Of a stretch of 44,404 bases of DNA, positions 1 to 8,075 are shown one piece after another. The DNA comes from Pseudobdellovibrionaceae bacterium (GTDB lineage Bacteria; Bdellovibrionota; Bdellovibrionia; Bdellovibrionales; UBA1609): positions 1-44,404 of the forward strand of contig NYZX01000007.1 in NCBI GenBank assembly GCA_002686065.1. The letters are read 5' to 3'. Under the pieces are notes generated by a model. It was not told the DNA's origin. It did not search any database and saw only the letters and a list, made by a program, of their open reading frames with translations. The translations under genes were made by a program, and so were the position numbers. Each line of letters begins with the position of its first letter. Within the stretch, counting starts at the first letter, position 1.

Positions 1-53
1 ACTTTTTTTACTTTTTTTTGCAACCGAACCCACGGGTTCGACCAAGTCCTAAT

Positions 54-560
54 ATGGGGAACCCGTTGAACTGGAATCAGATTGTCGAAGACTTTGGACC
101 AAGGCTGTATCGCTATTTTTGCGTGCGCTTTAGTCCCGAACAGGCCGATGACCTGACACAGGAAACACTGCTTCGCCTGGTGCGAAAAGTGGATGAGGGC
201 TACTTCGATCCGGAAAAGGGCAGCCTTCATATGCTGGGCTTCGGGATCGCCCACTACGTCGCCCTAGAAGCGAAACCACCCCTGGCTCACGAATCCCTGG
301 ACGATTGGGAATCAAAAGCCACAAGCACCGAGGACCTCGAACTGACGACAATACAAAAACAAGCCGCCTCTAAGGTTCGGGATCAGATGACTTCGCTAAG
401 CACTGTCGAACAGCAAGTACTTGCCTTGTTCGTTGACGAGGAGCTCTCCATCAAAGAAGCATCCATTATTTTACAGCTCCCCCAAGGCACAGTGAAAAGT
501 CATATCCACCGAGCCAAAAGAAAACTTATCTCGTCCATTCAAACAGAAGGCCTTCTATGA
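54..560 (+). CDS. ECF-type (group 4) sigma-70 family sigma factor
   Basis: ORF 18..560. Sigma region 2-like DDLTQETLLRLVRKV and region 4 HTH LSIKEASIILQLPQGTVKSHIHRAKRKL. ATG at 54 preferred to TTG at 18. Stop overlaps the next start (ATGA at 557). Confidence 0.85.
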   Translation: MGNPLNWNQIVEDFGPRLYRYFCVRFSPEQADDLTQETLLRLVRKVDEGYFDPEKGSLHMLGFGIAHYVALEAKPPLAHESLDDWESKATSTEDLELTTIQKQAASKVRDQMTSLSTVEQQVLALFVDEELSIKEASIILQLPQGTVKSHIHRAKRKLISSIQTEGLL

Positions 561-835
561 AAGACAAAGATCTAGACATCCTTTTAAGTGAATACAGAAA
601 AAACCAGCCCACTCAACTGCAAGTTCAAAAATGGAAAAAGGCGGTTCAAAAAGAGCGACAGCCAAAACCAAAATATGAGTTTCAATGGACGCAAATTGTT
701 GCGGCCTCCGTGGTTGGTTTTTTAGTTGGCGCCATGGTTTTTTATTCGACTAAAAACAAAGATGCGTTTCAAAATTTTGCACAAATTGAAAACGACAATG
801 CAACCATCGAATACGTTTTCACCAAGACCAATTGA
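557..835 (+). CDS. putative anti-sigma factor (single-pass membrane protein)
   Basis: 92-aa ORF translationally coupled to the sigma gene. Charged N-terminal half followed by one TM helix (IVAASVVGFLVGAMVFY). The call rests on position and topology only. Confidence 0.45.
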   Translation: MKDKDLDILLSEYRKNQPTQLQVQKWKKAVQKERQPKPKYEFQWTQIVAASVVGFLVGAMVFYSTKNKDAFQNFAQIENDNATIEYVFTKTN

Positions 836-862
836 AACTTGTCACACGTGAAAGGAATCATC

Positions 863-1741
863 ATGCTTAAATTATTAGTTTCAACCCTGTTCATCATCGC
901 CTCACAAAATAGTTTTGCTGAATCACAAAGTACCAGTTTTGGTCGAACCAATTCCAACTTCGAAGTTCTTAGCCAAAAAGATCTTCGCGAACGCTTTGAG
1001 CTATCAGGTCAAATTTACGTCACCGATCATAGTGGCCGCCTGCTTTTTCAAGCCCCCGAATCACGACTTTGGAAGTTTGGATCTCAGGGCGACCTTCTTA
1101 GTAACTGGTCCTATCAAGCCAAAGGCTTGCCAGACATAGCCATCAAGCATCGCTGGACGCTATCAAAGGACGGACTCATCACGGCTCATATTCAACAGTT
1201 TGAAAGCATGAAAAGACGATCGAACGGTCGCGACGTAAAAACGGGTAAGCTGGTTCGCGAAGAAACCATTCTGGTCAAAGATTTTGCCCCGATCAACTGG
1301 GTCGCCCACCAAGATAATAAGCAGCACATTGTCGTCCGACTAAGCCCACACCTTGGCGACAAGGCCGATATGATGGAAATCAAAACCCTGCCCGTGACAC
1401 TGACCAACCCCGTCGTCTTCGACAGCCAAGGACGCCTATGGGCTCAGGGCCATGACCTTGAAGGCAACTACCTGGCAATGAAAACCCATATGGGCCAATT
1501 TGCCATCAGCTACTCACCCTTTCGGGGCGCAAAAGAAATCGGATATGTTCAAGGCAATGAAATGACTTTAAACGTAAATAAAAACCTAAAACTTTACGTC
1601 CGAAGCGACTCGCCGATCCTTGCCACCCAGCGCCCGGCGAAACTATACGGCTTCGTTAAACAAGATCGCAAATCCGAACGTGTCCATTCTGTTCATTCTT
1701 CGGCAAGCAATAAAGAAAAAGATTTCCTTAAAAACCTTTAA
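863..1741 (+). CDS. secreted hypothetical protein
   Basis: ORF 839..1741. ATG at 863 preceded by AAAGGAA. Signal peptide MLKLLVSTLFIIASQNSFA. No family recognised. Confidence 0.6.
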   Translation: MLKLLVSTLFIIASQNSFAESQSTSFGRTNSNFEVLSQKDLRERFELSGQIYVTDHSGRLLFQAPESRLWKFGSQGDLLSNWSYQAKGLPDIAIKHRWTLSKDGLITAHIQQFESMKRRSNGRDVKTGKLVREETILVKDFAPINWVAHQDNKQHIVVRLSPHLGDKADMMEIKTLPVTLTNPVVFDSQGRLWAQGHDLEGNYLAMKTHMGQFAISYSPFRGAKEIGYVQGNEMTLNVNKNLKLYVRSDSPILATQRPAKLYGFVKQDRKSERVHSVHSSASNKEKDFLKNL

Positions 1742-1766
1742 TCAACACGTTCCCTAATCCCATTTG

Positions 1767-1807
1767 CCAGGTCATTTACCCGATGACCTGGTTTTTCGTT
1801 TTTTTTG
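1767..1807 (+). terminator. rho-independent terminator
   Basis: CCAGGTCAT-TTACCCG-ATGACCTGG stem-loop followed by TTTTTCGTTTTTTTT. Confidence 0.75.
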
Positions 1808-1906
1808 AAACAACTTCCTGGCCTTCTACGTAGCCCCTCTGGAAAAGGTCACAAGCCAAAGCCGCAAAGCAACAAATGCCACAGACAATGTCCATGAGGG
1901 GATATC

Positions 1907-3007
1907 ATGAACCGCAACCAAGCCATCGATTTTTTTCGAGGATTATTTCTTATCATTATGATGGTGGATCATCTTTTGATCTTCGGGTTTGGCGCCCTGT
2001 TTTTTATTTATAATTATAGCTTTCAGATGTTTGGCTTTGTTTCTGCCGCCGAGGGCTTCGTGTTTATTTCAGGTCTGATGTGCGGCATGGTTTACGGTAA
2101 AGTCGCCCTTCGATCCCTCGACGAGTTCAAATCAAAACTGCTCTCGCGGCTGAAGTTGATCTATATCTATCACTTTCGAGCCATCAGCCTCATCGCAATT
2201 ATGTTTGCTATCCCCCAACTGAACTCACTATGGCAACTGACCTGGGACGGAAAGCTGGCCCTCTGGAAACAGGCTCCGATCAAGGCTTGGTTTCATGGGA
2301 TCACCCTTCTGTACCAGACCTCTTTTGTGGACGTACTTCCCCTGTATCTCATGCTCATGTTTGGCTTACTTATCTCCATGCCCTATCTGTTAAAGGCAAA
2401 GCCTTGGCAGTTTCTAGCTGTATCGATCAGCCTGTGGTTTGCTGGACAATTTTTCCCACAAGAAGCTTTCGGTCAGAGCATCGGACATCTTTTGGGATGG
2501 TTTGAAGTCCTCAGCTGGCAATTACTATTTTTTGGCGCAGCCTACCTTGGCTTACAACATATTCGCGGCCATAAAATACCGATCAATAACCACGCCTTTG
2601 GCTTCGCCGTAATTACAAGTCTTGTCTTGTTTTATATCCGCCACTTTCATTTATCACAGGCCGAAGCCATCGGCTTAAACCTGTTCAATGTCCGCACCCT
2701 CGGCTTGGGACGCATTCTGAATTTTATCAGCCTTGGCTATGCGATCTACTTTTTGTCTGCTCGGGGACTGGTCCGCTTTTCATTGGCTGCGATTAACATC
2801 CTTGGCCGAAATTCCTTAAAAGTCTTTTCCGTTCACCTGGTCATCGTCTACTTCACAGGCTTTTTAAAACCCTGGATTTCAGCCCAAGGACTTATGATTC
2901 AGCTTGGTCTGTTTGGCGTATCTATACTGAGCCTGTACCTTCCTATGATTTATAGCGAACTCCTCGTGGCCTTAAAACGCCCCAGCAAAATGGCCCTAAA
3001 GACCTAG
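1907..3007 (+). CDS. OpgC-domain / acyltransferase-3-like integral membrane protein
   Basis: 366 aa, about 10 TM helices. N-terminal AIDFFRGLFLIIMMVDHL resembles the R-x-D-x2-RG...DH signature of OpgC-type acyltransferases. GAGGGGA Shine-Dalgarno (SD) before the ATG. Confidence 0.65.
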   Translation: MNRNQAIDFFRGLFLIIMMVDHLLIFGFGALFFIYNYSFQMFGFVSAAEGFVFISGLMCGMVYGKVALRSLDEFKSKLLSRLKLIYIYHFRAISLIAIMFAIPQLNSLWQLTWDGKLALWKQAPIKAWFHGITLLYQTSFVDVLPLYLMLMFGLLISMPYLLKAKPWQFLAVSISLWFAGQFFPQEAFGQSIGHLLGWFEVLSWQLLFFGAAYLGLQHIRGHKIPINNHAFGFAVITSLVLFYIRHFHLSQAEAIGLNLFNVRTLGLGRILNFISLGYAIYFLSARGLVRFSLAAINILGRNSLKVFSVHLVIVYFTGFLKPWISAQGLMIQLGLFGVSILSLYLPMIYSELLVALKRPSKMALKT

Positions 3008-3068
3008 CCGAACAGGGTGTTGGAATTCCGTGGTTGTCAGTGCGCTTTGACCGCACTATGGTCCCCCT

Positions 3069-3698
3069 ATGGAATCGATCAATTATTGGAAAAATCAGTT
3101 TGAAGATTATCTTTCAAAGCGCCCCTGTGAGGACGGCTCGCACGACCTTAGTCATTTTCGACGAGTGTGGAAAATCGCCGAAGGGTTGGCTGAACCCCAA
3201 GATGACCTGCTCGTCATTTTAGCAGCTTGTTATTTTCATGATTTTGTCAGCTACCCCAAAAATCATCCTAAACGAAGTCAATCGTCGGTTGATGCCGCCA
3301 AAGAAAGCGCCATCGTGCTTCGAGACATGGGATTTCCAGAAGACAAAATGGATGCGGTCAAACACTGTATTGAAGCTCATTCATTTTCCGCCAATATCGC
3401 CACCCAAACCCGTGAAGCCGAGGTCGTTCAAGATGCTGACAGAATGGAGTCCTTGGGGGCCATCGGACTAGCTCGAACCTTTTACGTGGCTGGCCTAATG
3501 GGTTCACATCTATTTGATTCAGAGGATCCCTTTGCTAAAAATCGCAAGCTGGATGACCGGTCCTATGCCATTGATCATTTTGAAGCCAAGCTGTTCAAAC
3601 TGCCGGGCTCTATGAAGACGGAAAAAGGCCGAGCCGAGGCGAAACGCCGCGCCATGGTTCTTTCTAACTACCTTAAAGATTTAGAAGCCGAGCTATAA
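3069..3698 (+). CDS. HD-domain metal-dependent phosphohydrolase
   Basis: HDLSHFRRV, YFHDF and QDADRMESLGAIGLARTF motifs typical of YedJ-like HD hydrolases. Confidence 0.8.
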   Translation: MESINYWKNQFEDYLSKRPCEDGSHDLSHFRRVWKIAEGLAEPQDDLLVILAACYFHDFVSYPKNHPKRSQSSVDAAKESAIVLRDMGFPEDKMDAVKHCIEAHSFSANIATQTREAEVVQDADRMESLGAIGLARTFYVAGLMGSHLFDSEDPFAKNRKLDDRSYAIDHFEAKLFKLPGSMKTEKGRAEAKRRAMVLSNYLKDLEAEL

Positions 3699-3755
3699 AT
3701 CTGGCTTCGCCCGCCCAAGCCAAAATGGACGGTACCCTGTTGGTCAAAATTGATC

Positions 3756-3787
3756 TAAGATCTCGACATAACAAAGATCTTACTTTT
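3756..3787 (+). terminator. possible weak terminator hairpin
   Basis: TAAGATCT (3756..3763) pairs with AGATCTTA (3775..3782), followed by CTTTT. The U-tract is only 4 nt. Confidence 0.3.
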
Positions 3788-3800
3788 GGGGTGATTCAAG

Positions 3801-5738
3801 ATGGTCGCGATTCGTATCTTATTGCTTAATTTAGGTGTTTTGTTGGGTTTCCGCGCCCTTTTTGCAATGTGGTTCTATGACCCCACCACCGAATCAACAG
3901 ACATTTTAAGCGCCCTTTGGCTGGGACTCCGCTACGATCTTCGCCTGGCCGCCACGATCACCTTATTGTTTATGATCGTTTCCATCCTTCGTAAAAAACT
4001 GGGGCGACAAAACTATCTTCGCTTATCAGTTCTGTTTTCTTTGCTGGTCGGCTTCTTTTTGTTTTCCATGTACTTCATCGACTTTGGCCACTACGCCTAC
4101 CTGAAAGTACGTAGTAGCTATGTCATTATGCGATTTCTAGACAACTGGGATATCTCATCAAAGATGATGTTTGAATCCTACCCGGTCATCTGGCTTAGCC
4201 TTGGCGTCCTATTGCTGACTTTGGCCTATGGCTGGCTGTTTGGTTATCGCATGCAACAGCGCCCTCTATTTAAGGGCGGCATTCAGTTTTTAGGCTTATT
4301 TGTCTTAATCGCTGCCTGTATGTATGGAAACTTTGGACGCTACCCACTGCGCTGGAGCATGGCCTACACCAACAGCAGCTATGCAACCGCATTGGGGCTA
4401 AACCCCATCATGTTCTTTTTCGAAACCGCCAACAAAAGTAGCGCCGAGGGAAAAGCTCCTAGCCCTGAAAAAGTCCAAAAAGCAAAGCAGTTGCTGGCCA
4501 GCTTAAGAGGACCAAGCACCCCTTGCCAGGACGATCAATGCCGAATCACCTATAAGCACAAGGGACAAGCCCCCAACGTCGTCGTCATCGTGATGGAATC
4601 TTTAGCCCACCACAAGACCTCCTTCGTAGCAAAACAACTGGATCCGACACCGACGCTAAGCCAGCTGGCCCAATCCAGCTTATATTACGACAACTTTTAC
4701 GTCCCAGTCGAAGGCACAGCTCGGTCTATGTACGGCCTTGCCACCTCTACGGCCGACGTCACCCCTTCACGAACCAGCGCTTCAAGAGATCCACGCCTAG
4801 CCAAACGAGACATCCCCCTAACGCACCTAAAGTCTCATCAGAAATATTATTTCCTTGGCGGCAGCGCAAACTGGGCCCAAATTCGAGCTTTATTTTCAGG
4901 AAACATGAACGACATTCATATTTTTGAAGAGGGCAGCTATCCTGACGTGCCCATCGTTGACGTCTGGGGGATTTCAGACAAAGACCTTTTACTAGAAGCA
5001 GCAAAACACCTTCAGGCAGAAAAAGACCCTTTCTTTGCTGTCGTTCAACTTTCCGGTTTTCACCGGCCTTATACCATTCCCGAAAACACCGGCGGCTTTG
5101 AAGTGACCCACCCTGATAAGTCCCTTTTGAAGAAAGCCGGGTTTATATCCACTGAGGAATACAACTCGATCCGCCTTTCCGATTGGTCGGTCGGCCAGTT
5201 TTTCAAAACAATCAAAAACACCAAACTTTATGACAACACCATCTTTGCCATCATCGGCGACCATGGGCTTCCTTGCGAAGGGTCTCGCCTGATTTCAAAA
5301 GCTGCGAACGCCACCGAACTTTGCAAGTTTCAAACCCCTCTAATCATCCATGCCAAGCAATGGAGCCAACAACCTCAAAAGATCAGCTGGCTTGCATCTG
5401 AGCTTGATCTGATTCCATCGCTAATTCACCAGGCTTCACCAGATATTAAAATCGACCCTCAGACCGATATCTTCAGTTCTCAACACAAAGAAAACAAAGC
5501 ACAGCTGTTCTACTACCACTATTCAGAGGAACACGGAGCCATCACAAAAAACACGGTCTGCCGATCTACAAAAGCCGGTAAAACAGTTGCTTTTAACCGG
5601 GACACAGACCAACCAGCTTCGGATGAAGAGGTCAAACAATGCAGTGCCGTTGCCGAGGCCTTAGAAGTCTATCGCCGAGATCAACTATACAATCCAAAAA
5701 CTCTAGAGATGGCTTCTAATAAGGGCGGGGCACAGTAG
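3801..5738 (+). CDS. LTA-synthase / OpgB-type sulfatase-family membrane enzyme (phosphoglycerol or phosphoethanolamine transferase-like)
   Basis: 645 aa. N-terminal multi-TM block followed by an alkaline-phosphatase-superfamily domain (NVVVIVMESL ... IIGDHG). Confidence 0.8.
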   Translation: MVAIRILLLNLGVLLGFRALFAMWFYDPTTESTDILSALWLGLRYDLRLAATITLLFMIVSILRKKLGRQNYLRLSVLFSLLVGFFLFSMYFIDFGHYAYLKVRSSYVIMRFLDNWDISSKMMFESYPVIWLSLGVLLLTLAYGWLFGYRMQQRPLFKGGIQFLGLFVLIAACMYGNFGRYPLRWSMAYTNSSYATALGLNPIMFFFETANKSSAEGKAPSPEKVQKAKQLLASLRGPSTPCQDDQCRITYKHKGQAPNVVVIVMESLAHHKTSFVAKQLDPTPTLSQLAQSSLYYDNFYVPVEGTARSMYGLATSTADVTPSRTSASRDPRLAKRDIPLTHLKSHQKYYFLGGSANWAQIRALFSGNMNDIHIFEEGSYPDVPIVDVWGISDKDLLLEAAKHLQAEKDPFFAVVQLSGFHRPYTIPENTGGFEVTHPDKSLLKKAGFISTEEYNSIRLSDWSVGQFFKTIKNTKLYDNTIFAIIGDHGLPCEGSRLISKAANATELCKFQTPLIIHAKQWSQQPQKISWLASELDLIPSLIHQASPDIKIDPQTDIFSSQHKENKAQLFYYHYSEEHGAITKNTVCRSTKAGKTVAFNRDTDQPASDEEVKQCSAVAEALEVYRRDQLYNPKTLEMASNKGGAQ

Positions 5739-5752
5739 CCCCACCCACTTAA

Positions 5753-6115
5753 TTAAAGGACGTACACGGCTCCAAAAGCAAAAAAGGCGCCTATAAGCCA
5801 AAGCGAGACGGACAGGATATAAATCCAGAACGACCAAGCCCGGCTACGCATACAGGCCCGAGCCAGTTCTTTATCTATCGGACAAGGTTCAAACCTCGCT
5901 CGATACTGAAGGACTCCAGCAACCAACAACATCCCGCCGCTGAAGCCGAACACCATCCCCTTATATTGCGATAACCAAACCACCTGTGGGACCGCACTAA
6001 CAAAACCAGCAAGACTTGCCCCCATCCCTAAAGCCACAAACAAACTTGGCAAGGCACAACAAAATAGGGTTCCGGTCGAAGCAAACAGGGATAACCAAGA
6101 TCCGAGCTTACTCAC
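5753..6115 (-). CDS. MerC-like small membrane protein (3-4 TM, Cys-Cys in first helix)
   Basis: ORF 5753..6136. GTG at 6115 has a GGAG 6-7 nt upstream and overlaps the upstream stop (GTGAGTAA). FCCALPSLFVALG resembles the MerC CAACFPALA helix. A second Cys pair is CPIDKELARAC. Confidence 0.5.
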   Translation of the reverse strand: MSKLGSWLSLFASTGTLFCCALPSLFVALGMGASLAGFVSAVPQVVWLSQYKGMVFGFSGGMLLVAGVLQYRARFEPCPIDKELARACMRSRAWSFWIYILSVSLWLIGAFFAFGAVYVL

Positions 6116-6464
6116 TGACTTCTCCGACAAAATCAAACCCGGCGCCAGTGATGATTTCTTTCATCTTCGCCCTTGATAGCTTTTGCCCCTTTTTAAACCG
6201 TAGATGAACCTCCATCTTGTCTAAATCAACTTTCACGTCTTCGACTTCTTTCTCAGACTTAAAGTTCTTCGTGATACCCTGAGCACAAAAGGCACAAACC
6301 ATTCCCTTAACCTTAATGGTGGTCTCTGTGGCCGTGCTAGAAACCACCTCGGCCGTACTTCCTTCGTGCTTATGACCATCATTTTTGTGGTGCTTATGCG
6401 CGTCTTCAGCTTGAAGTGAAATTGAAATAAAAGCCGACAAAATAATAAACATCCAAGTTTTCAT
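6108..6464 (-). CDS. periplasmic heavy-metal-associated (HMA) domain protein with His-rich linker
   Basis: Signal peptide, HKHHKNDGHKHEG tract and GMVCAFC (M-x-C-x2-C) ferredoxin-like HMA motif. AGGAGAG SD. Confidence 0.8.
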   Translation of the reverse strand: MKTWMFIILSAFISISLQAEDAHKHHKNDGHKHEGSTAEVVSSTATETTIKVKGMVCAFCAQGITKNFKSEKEVEDVKVDLDKMEVHLRFKKGQKLSRAKMKEIITGAGFDFVGEVSE

Positions 6465-6472
6465 AATCTCTC

Positions 6473-7105
6473 CTAAAAATGAGTGATGTAATTAAACCGA
6501 GTCACGCCGTCCAAAGACTGACCCAGTTCAAATAGTAAGTTGTTATAAAATACGCGAATAAACGGGGTGACATCCCGAACCGGATCCTCATCCACAAATT
6601 GATTTTGCTGCCACTGCAAAATCAACCAAGAATGTATCCCTTCAAAGTCAGCCACATAAGGCGCTACCCCGGCCCGGACGATGGACTGCCGAAAGTCTGA
6701 CCCTTCGCCGTTGTACGATTCCAAATGCTTTGCCAAGAAGTACAGTTCTCGGTCCTCAATATCAAACTGAAGACCCGATACACCTGACAGTCGACCCCGA
6801 CCGGAAAAATCACTTCCCCCAAGACCTTGTAGGGCGTAGATGTTTCCTTGGTAACTCGAGCCATTCCAGCGCTTTAATAAAAAGTTCGTGGTGAAAAAGC
6901 CCGCCTCACGGTCTGTTTCCCGATTAGGACGCCTTAGATAGTGCGCGCCGAAGGCAAACCGGTGAGTCGCTGAATAATTGATTTGATTGTGCGATAGCAG
7001 CTCGGACTGACTACCCATAATTCCCAGGGATCCCTTAAAGGACACGGGGTGAGCCCAGCTACTGCTACTTAAAAGCAGCCCTATGACTGCAAGTATAGAT
7101 TTCAT
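6473..7105 (-). CDS. secreted protein, candidate outer-membrane beta-barrel
   Basis: Signal peptide MKSILAVIGLLLSSSSWA, alternating amphipathic pattern and C-terminal ...YITHF (terminal Phe). GGAGAGGA SD. Family not recognised. Confidence 0.5.
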   Translation of the reverse strand: MKSILAVIGLLLSSSSWAHPVSFKGSLGIMGSQSELLSHNQINYSATHRFAFGAHYLRRPNRETDREAGFFTTNFLLKRWNGSSYQGNIYALQGLGGSDFSGRGRLSGVSGLQFDIEDRELYFLAKHLESYNGEGSDFRQSIVRAGVAPYVADFEGIHSWLILQWQQNQFVDEDPVRDVTPFIRVFYNNLLFELGQSLDGVTRFNYITHF

Positions 7106-7156
7106 TTATCCTCTCCAAGATAGATTGATATTAGGCCAATCGATTTTGGATAAAGA

Positions 7157-7588
7157 TCAAATGATATAGACCGCCAAAAGGCTTCGTTTATTTTTTGGGA
7201 CAAACCTTGGTCGATCAAACTGCGGAGGACCGGTCGCACGAGGCCCTTGCAATAAGGCCCATCGGTCGCGATCGACGAGGCTGAGTAATTTCAAACCCAC
7301 GGTTTTCGAGCGCTCTAAAAGACTTTCGCTGCCCACAGGGCCCGTCACACTCAGCAAGCATTGATCGACTTGGCAATAGGGACAGTCCGTTTGGGCCGAA
7401 GGAAAAACCGACTTGCTGGACATGCCTTTTGGAGCCTGATGATGACCTGTCCCCAAATCCATTACAGCCATCTGATCACAGTGAGATGACTTCGAGGCTC
7501 CTTGTTGCAACCCCTGGTCTTGGCAAAAGGCGATCTGACCCGACTGCACCGCTAACACACTAAGAAGAACCAACACCCGAATAAACAC
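7157..7588 (-). CDS. secreted Cys/His/Met-containing hypothetical protein
   Basis: GTG start with GAGG 7 nt upstream. Signal peptide. HCDQM, GTGHH and CPYCQVDQC motifs. No family recognised. Confidence 0.45.
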   Translation of the reverse strand: MFIRVLVLLSVLAVQSGQIAFCQDQGLQQGASKSSHCDQMAVMDLGTGHHQAPKGMSSKSVFPSAQTDCPYCQVDQCLLSVTGPVGSESLLERSKTVGLKLLSLVDRDRWALLQGPRATGPPQFDRPRFVPKNKRSLLAVYII

Positions 7589-7592
7589 CTGA

Positions 7593-7889
7593 CTACCTCA
7601 TCTGCCGTATCAGCTGTTTGATTTCATCCAACTTCTGGTCCGCCGCCTTTGGATCTTTCGACTGAATCGCCGCATGAACGCAATGCCCGAGGTGACCATC
7701 CAAGATATTTCTTTCAACCCGAGCCAGGGCGGCTTTAATGGCTTTCATCTGCTGAAGAATATCCACGCAGTAGCGCTCATCCTGGATCATTTGAGTCACA
7801 CCACGGATTTGCCCCTCAATTCGCCGCAGGCTTTTTAGTTCATCCAAATGTGGAGCCCCGGATTGGGCGTGGGACAGTTTTGATTCCAT
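7593..7889 (-). CDS. csoR: CsoR-family metal-sensing transcriptional repressor (C-H-C Cu(I)-type fingerprint)
   Basis: LRRIEGQIRGVTQMIQDERYCVDILQQMKAIKAAL...GHLGHC. Ligand set is Cys in RYC plus H-x3-C. ATG at 7889 preferred to TTG at 7892. Confidence 0.85.
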   Translation of the reverse strand: MESKLSHAQSGAPHLDELKSLRRIEGQIRGVTQMIQDERYCVDILQQMKAIKAALARVERNILDGHLGHCVHAAIQSKDPKAADQKLDEIKQLIRQMR

Positions 7890-7895
7890 CAACTA

Positions 7896-7924
7896 ATCGT
7901 ATACCCCCTGGGGGTATATTGCAA
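7896..7924 (-). promoter_or_regulatory. predicted sigma-70 promoter of the csoR operon (TTGCAA-17-TACGAT)
   Basis: On the minus strand, -35 TTGCAA (7919..7924) and -10 TACGAT (7896..7901) with a 17-nt spacer. The -10 ends 6 nt before the ATG and there is no SD, so the mRNA is predicted to be leaderless. Confidence 0.45.
7900..7918. promoter_or_regulatory. CsoR-type operator, perfect 9+1+9 palindrome
   Basis: TATACCCCC-T-GGGGGTATA, 10 nt upstream of the csoR ATG. Known CsoR boxes, as I recall them, are C/G-tract inverted repeats flanked by TA(C)/(G)TA. Confidence 0.65.
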
Positions 7925-8075
7925 TTCATCGACGAAAAAAGACCTCAAATCGACCTCGGTGGTCCTGAAGGTTTCAATCAGGGTCAGGCGCGCGTTTAGA
8001 CGACCCTAACTTCATTTCACACCTAGGCCTTTATCCTCGAAAAAAAGGAAGGCCGGCGACATATTTTAGACAGAT

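Noticed and set aside
6473-7105. Calling the 210-aa secreted protein a CopB/PcoB copper-resistance outer-membrane protein.
   Set aside because: The only support is vague strand-like similarity (APY..., LILQ...) recalled from memory. The protein is also about 90 aa shorter than PcoB. It is kept as a generic beta-barrel candidate.
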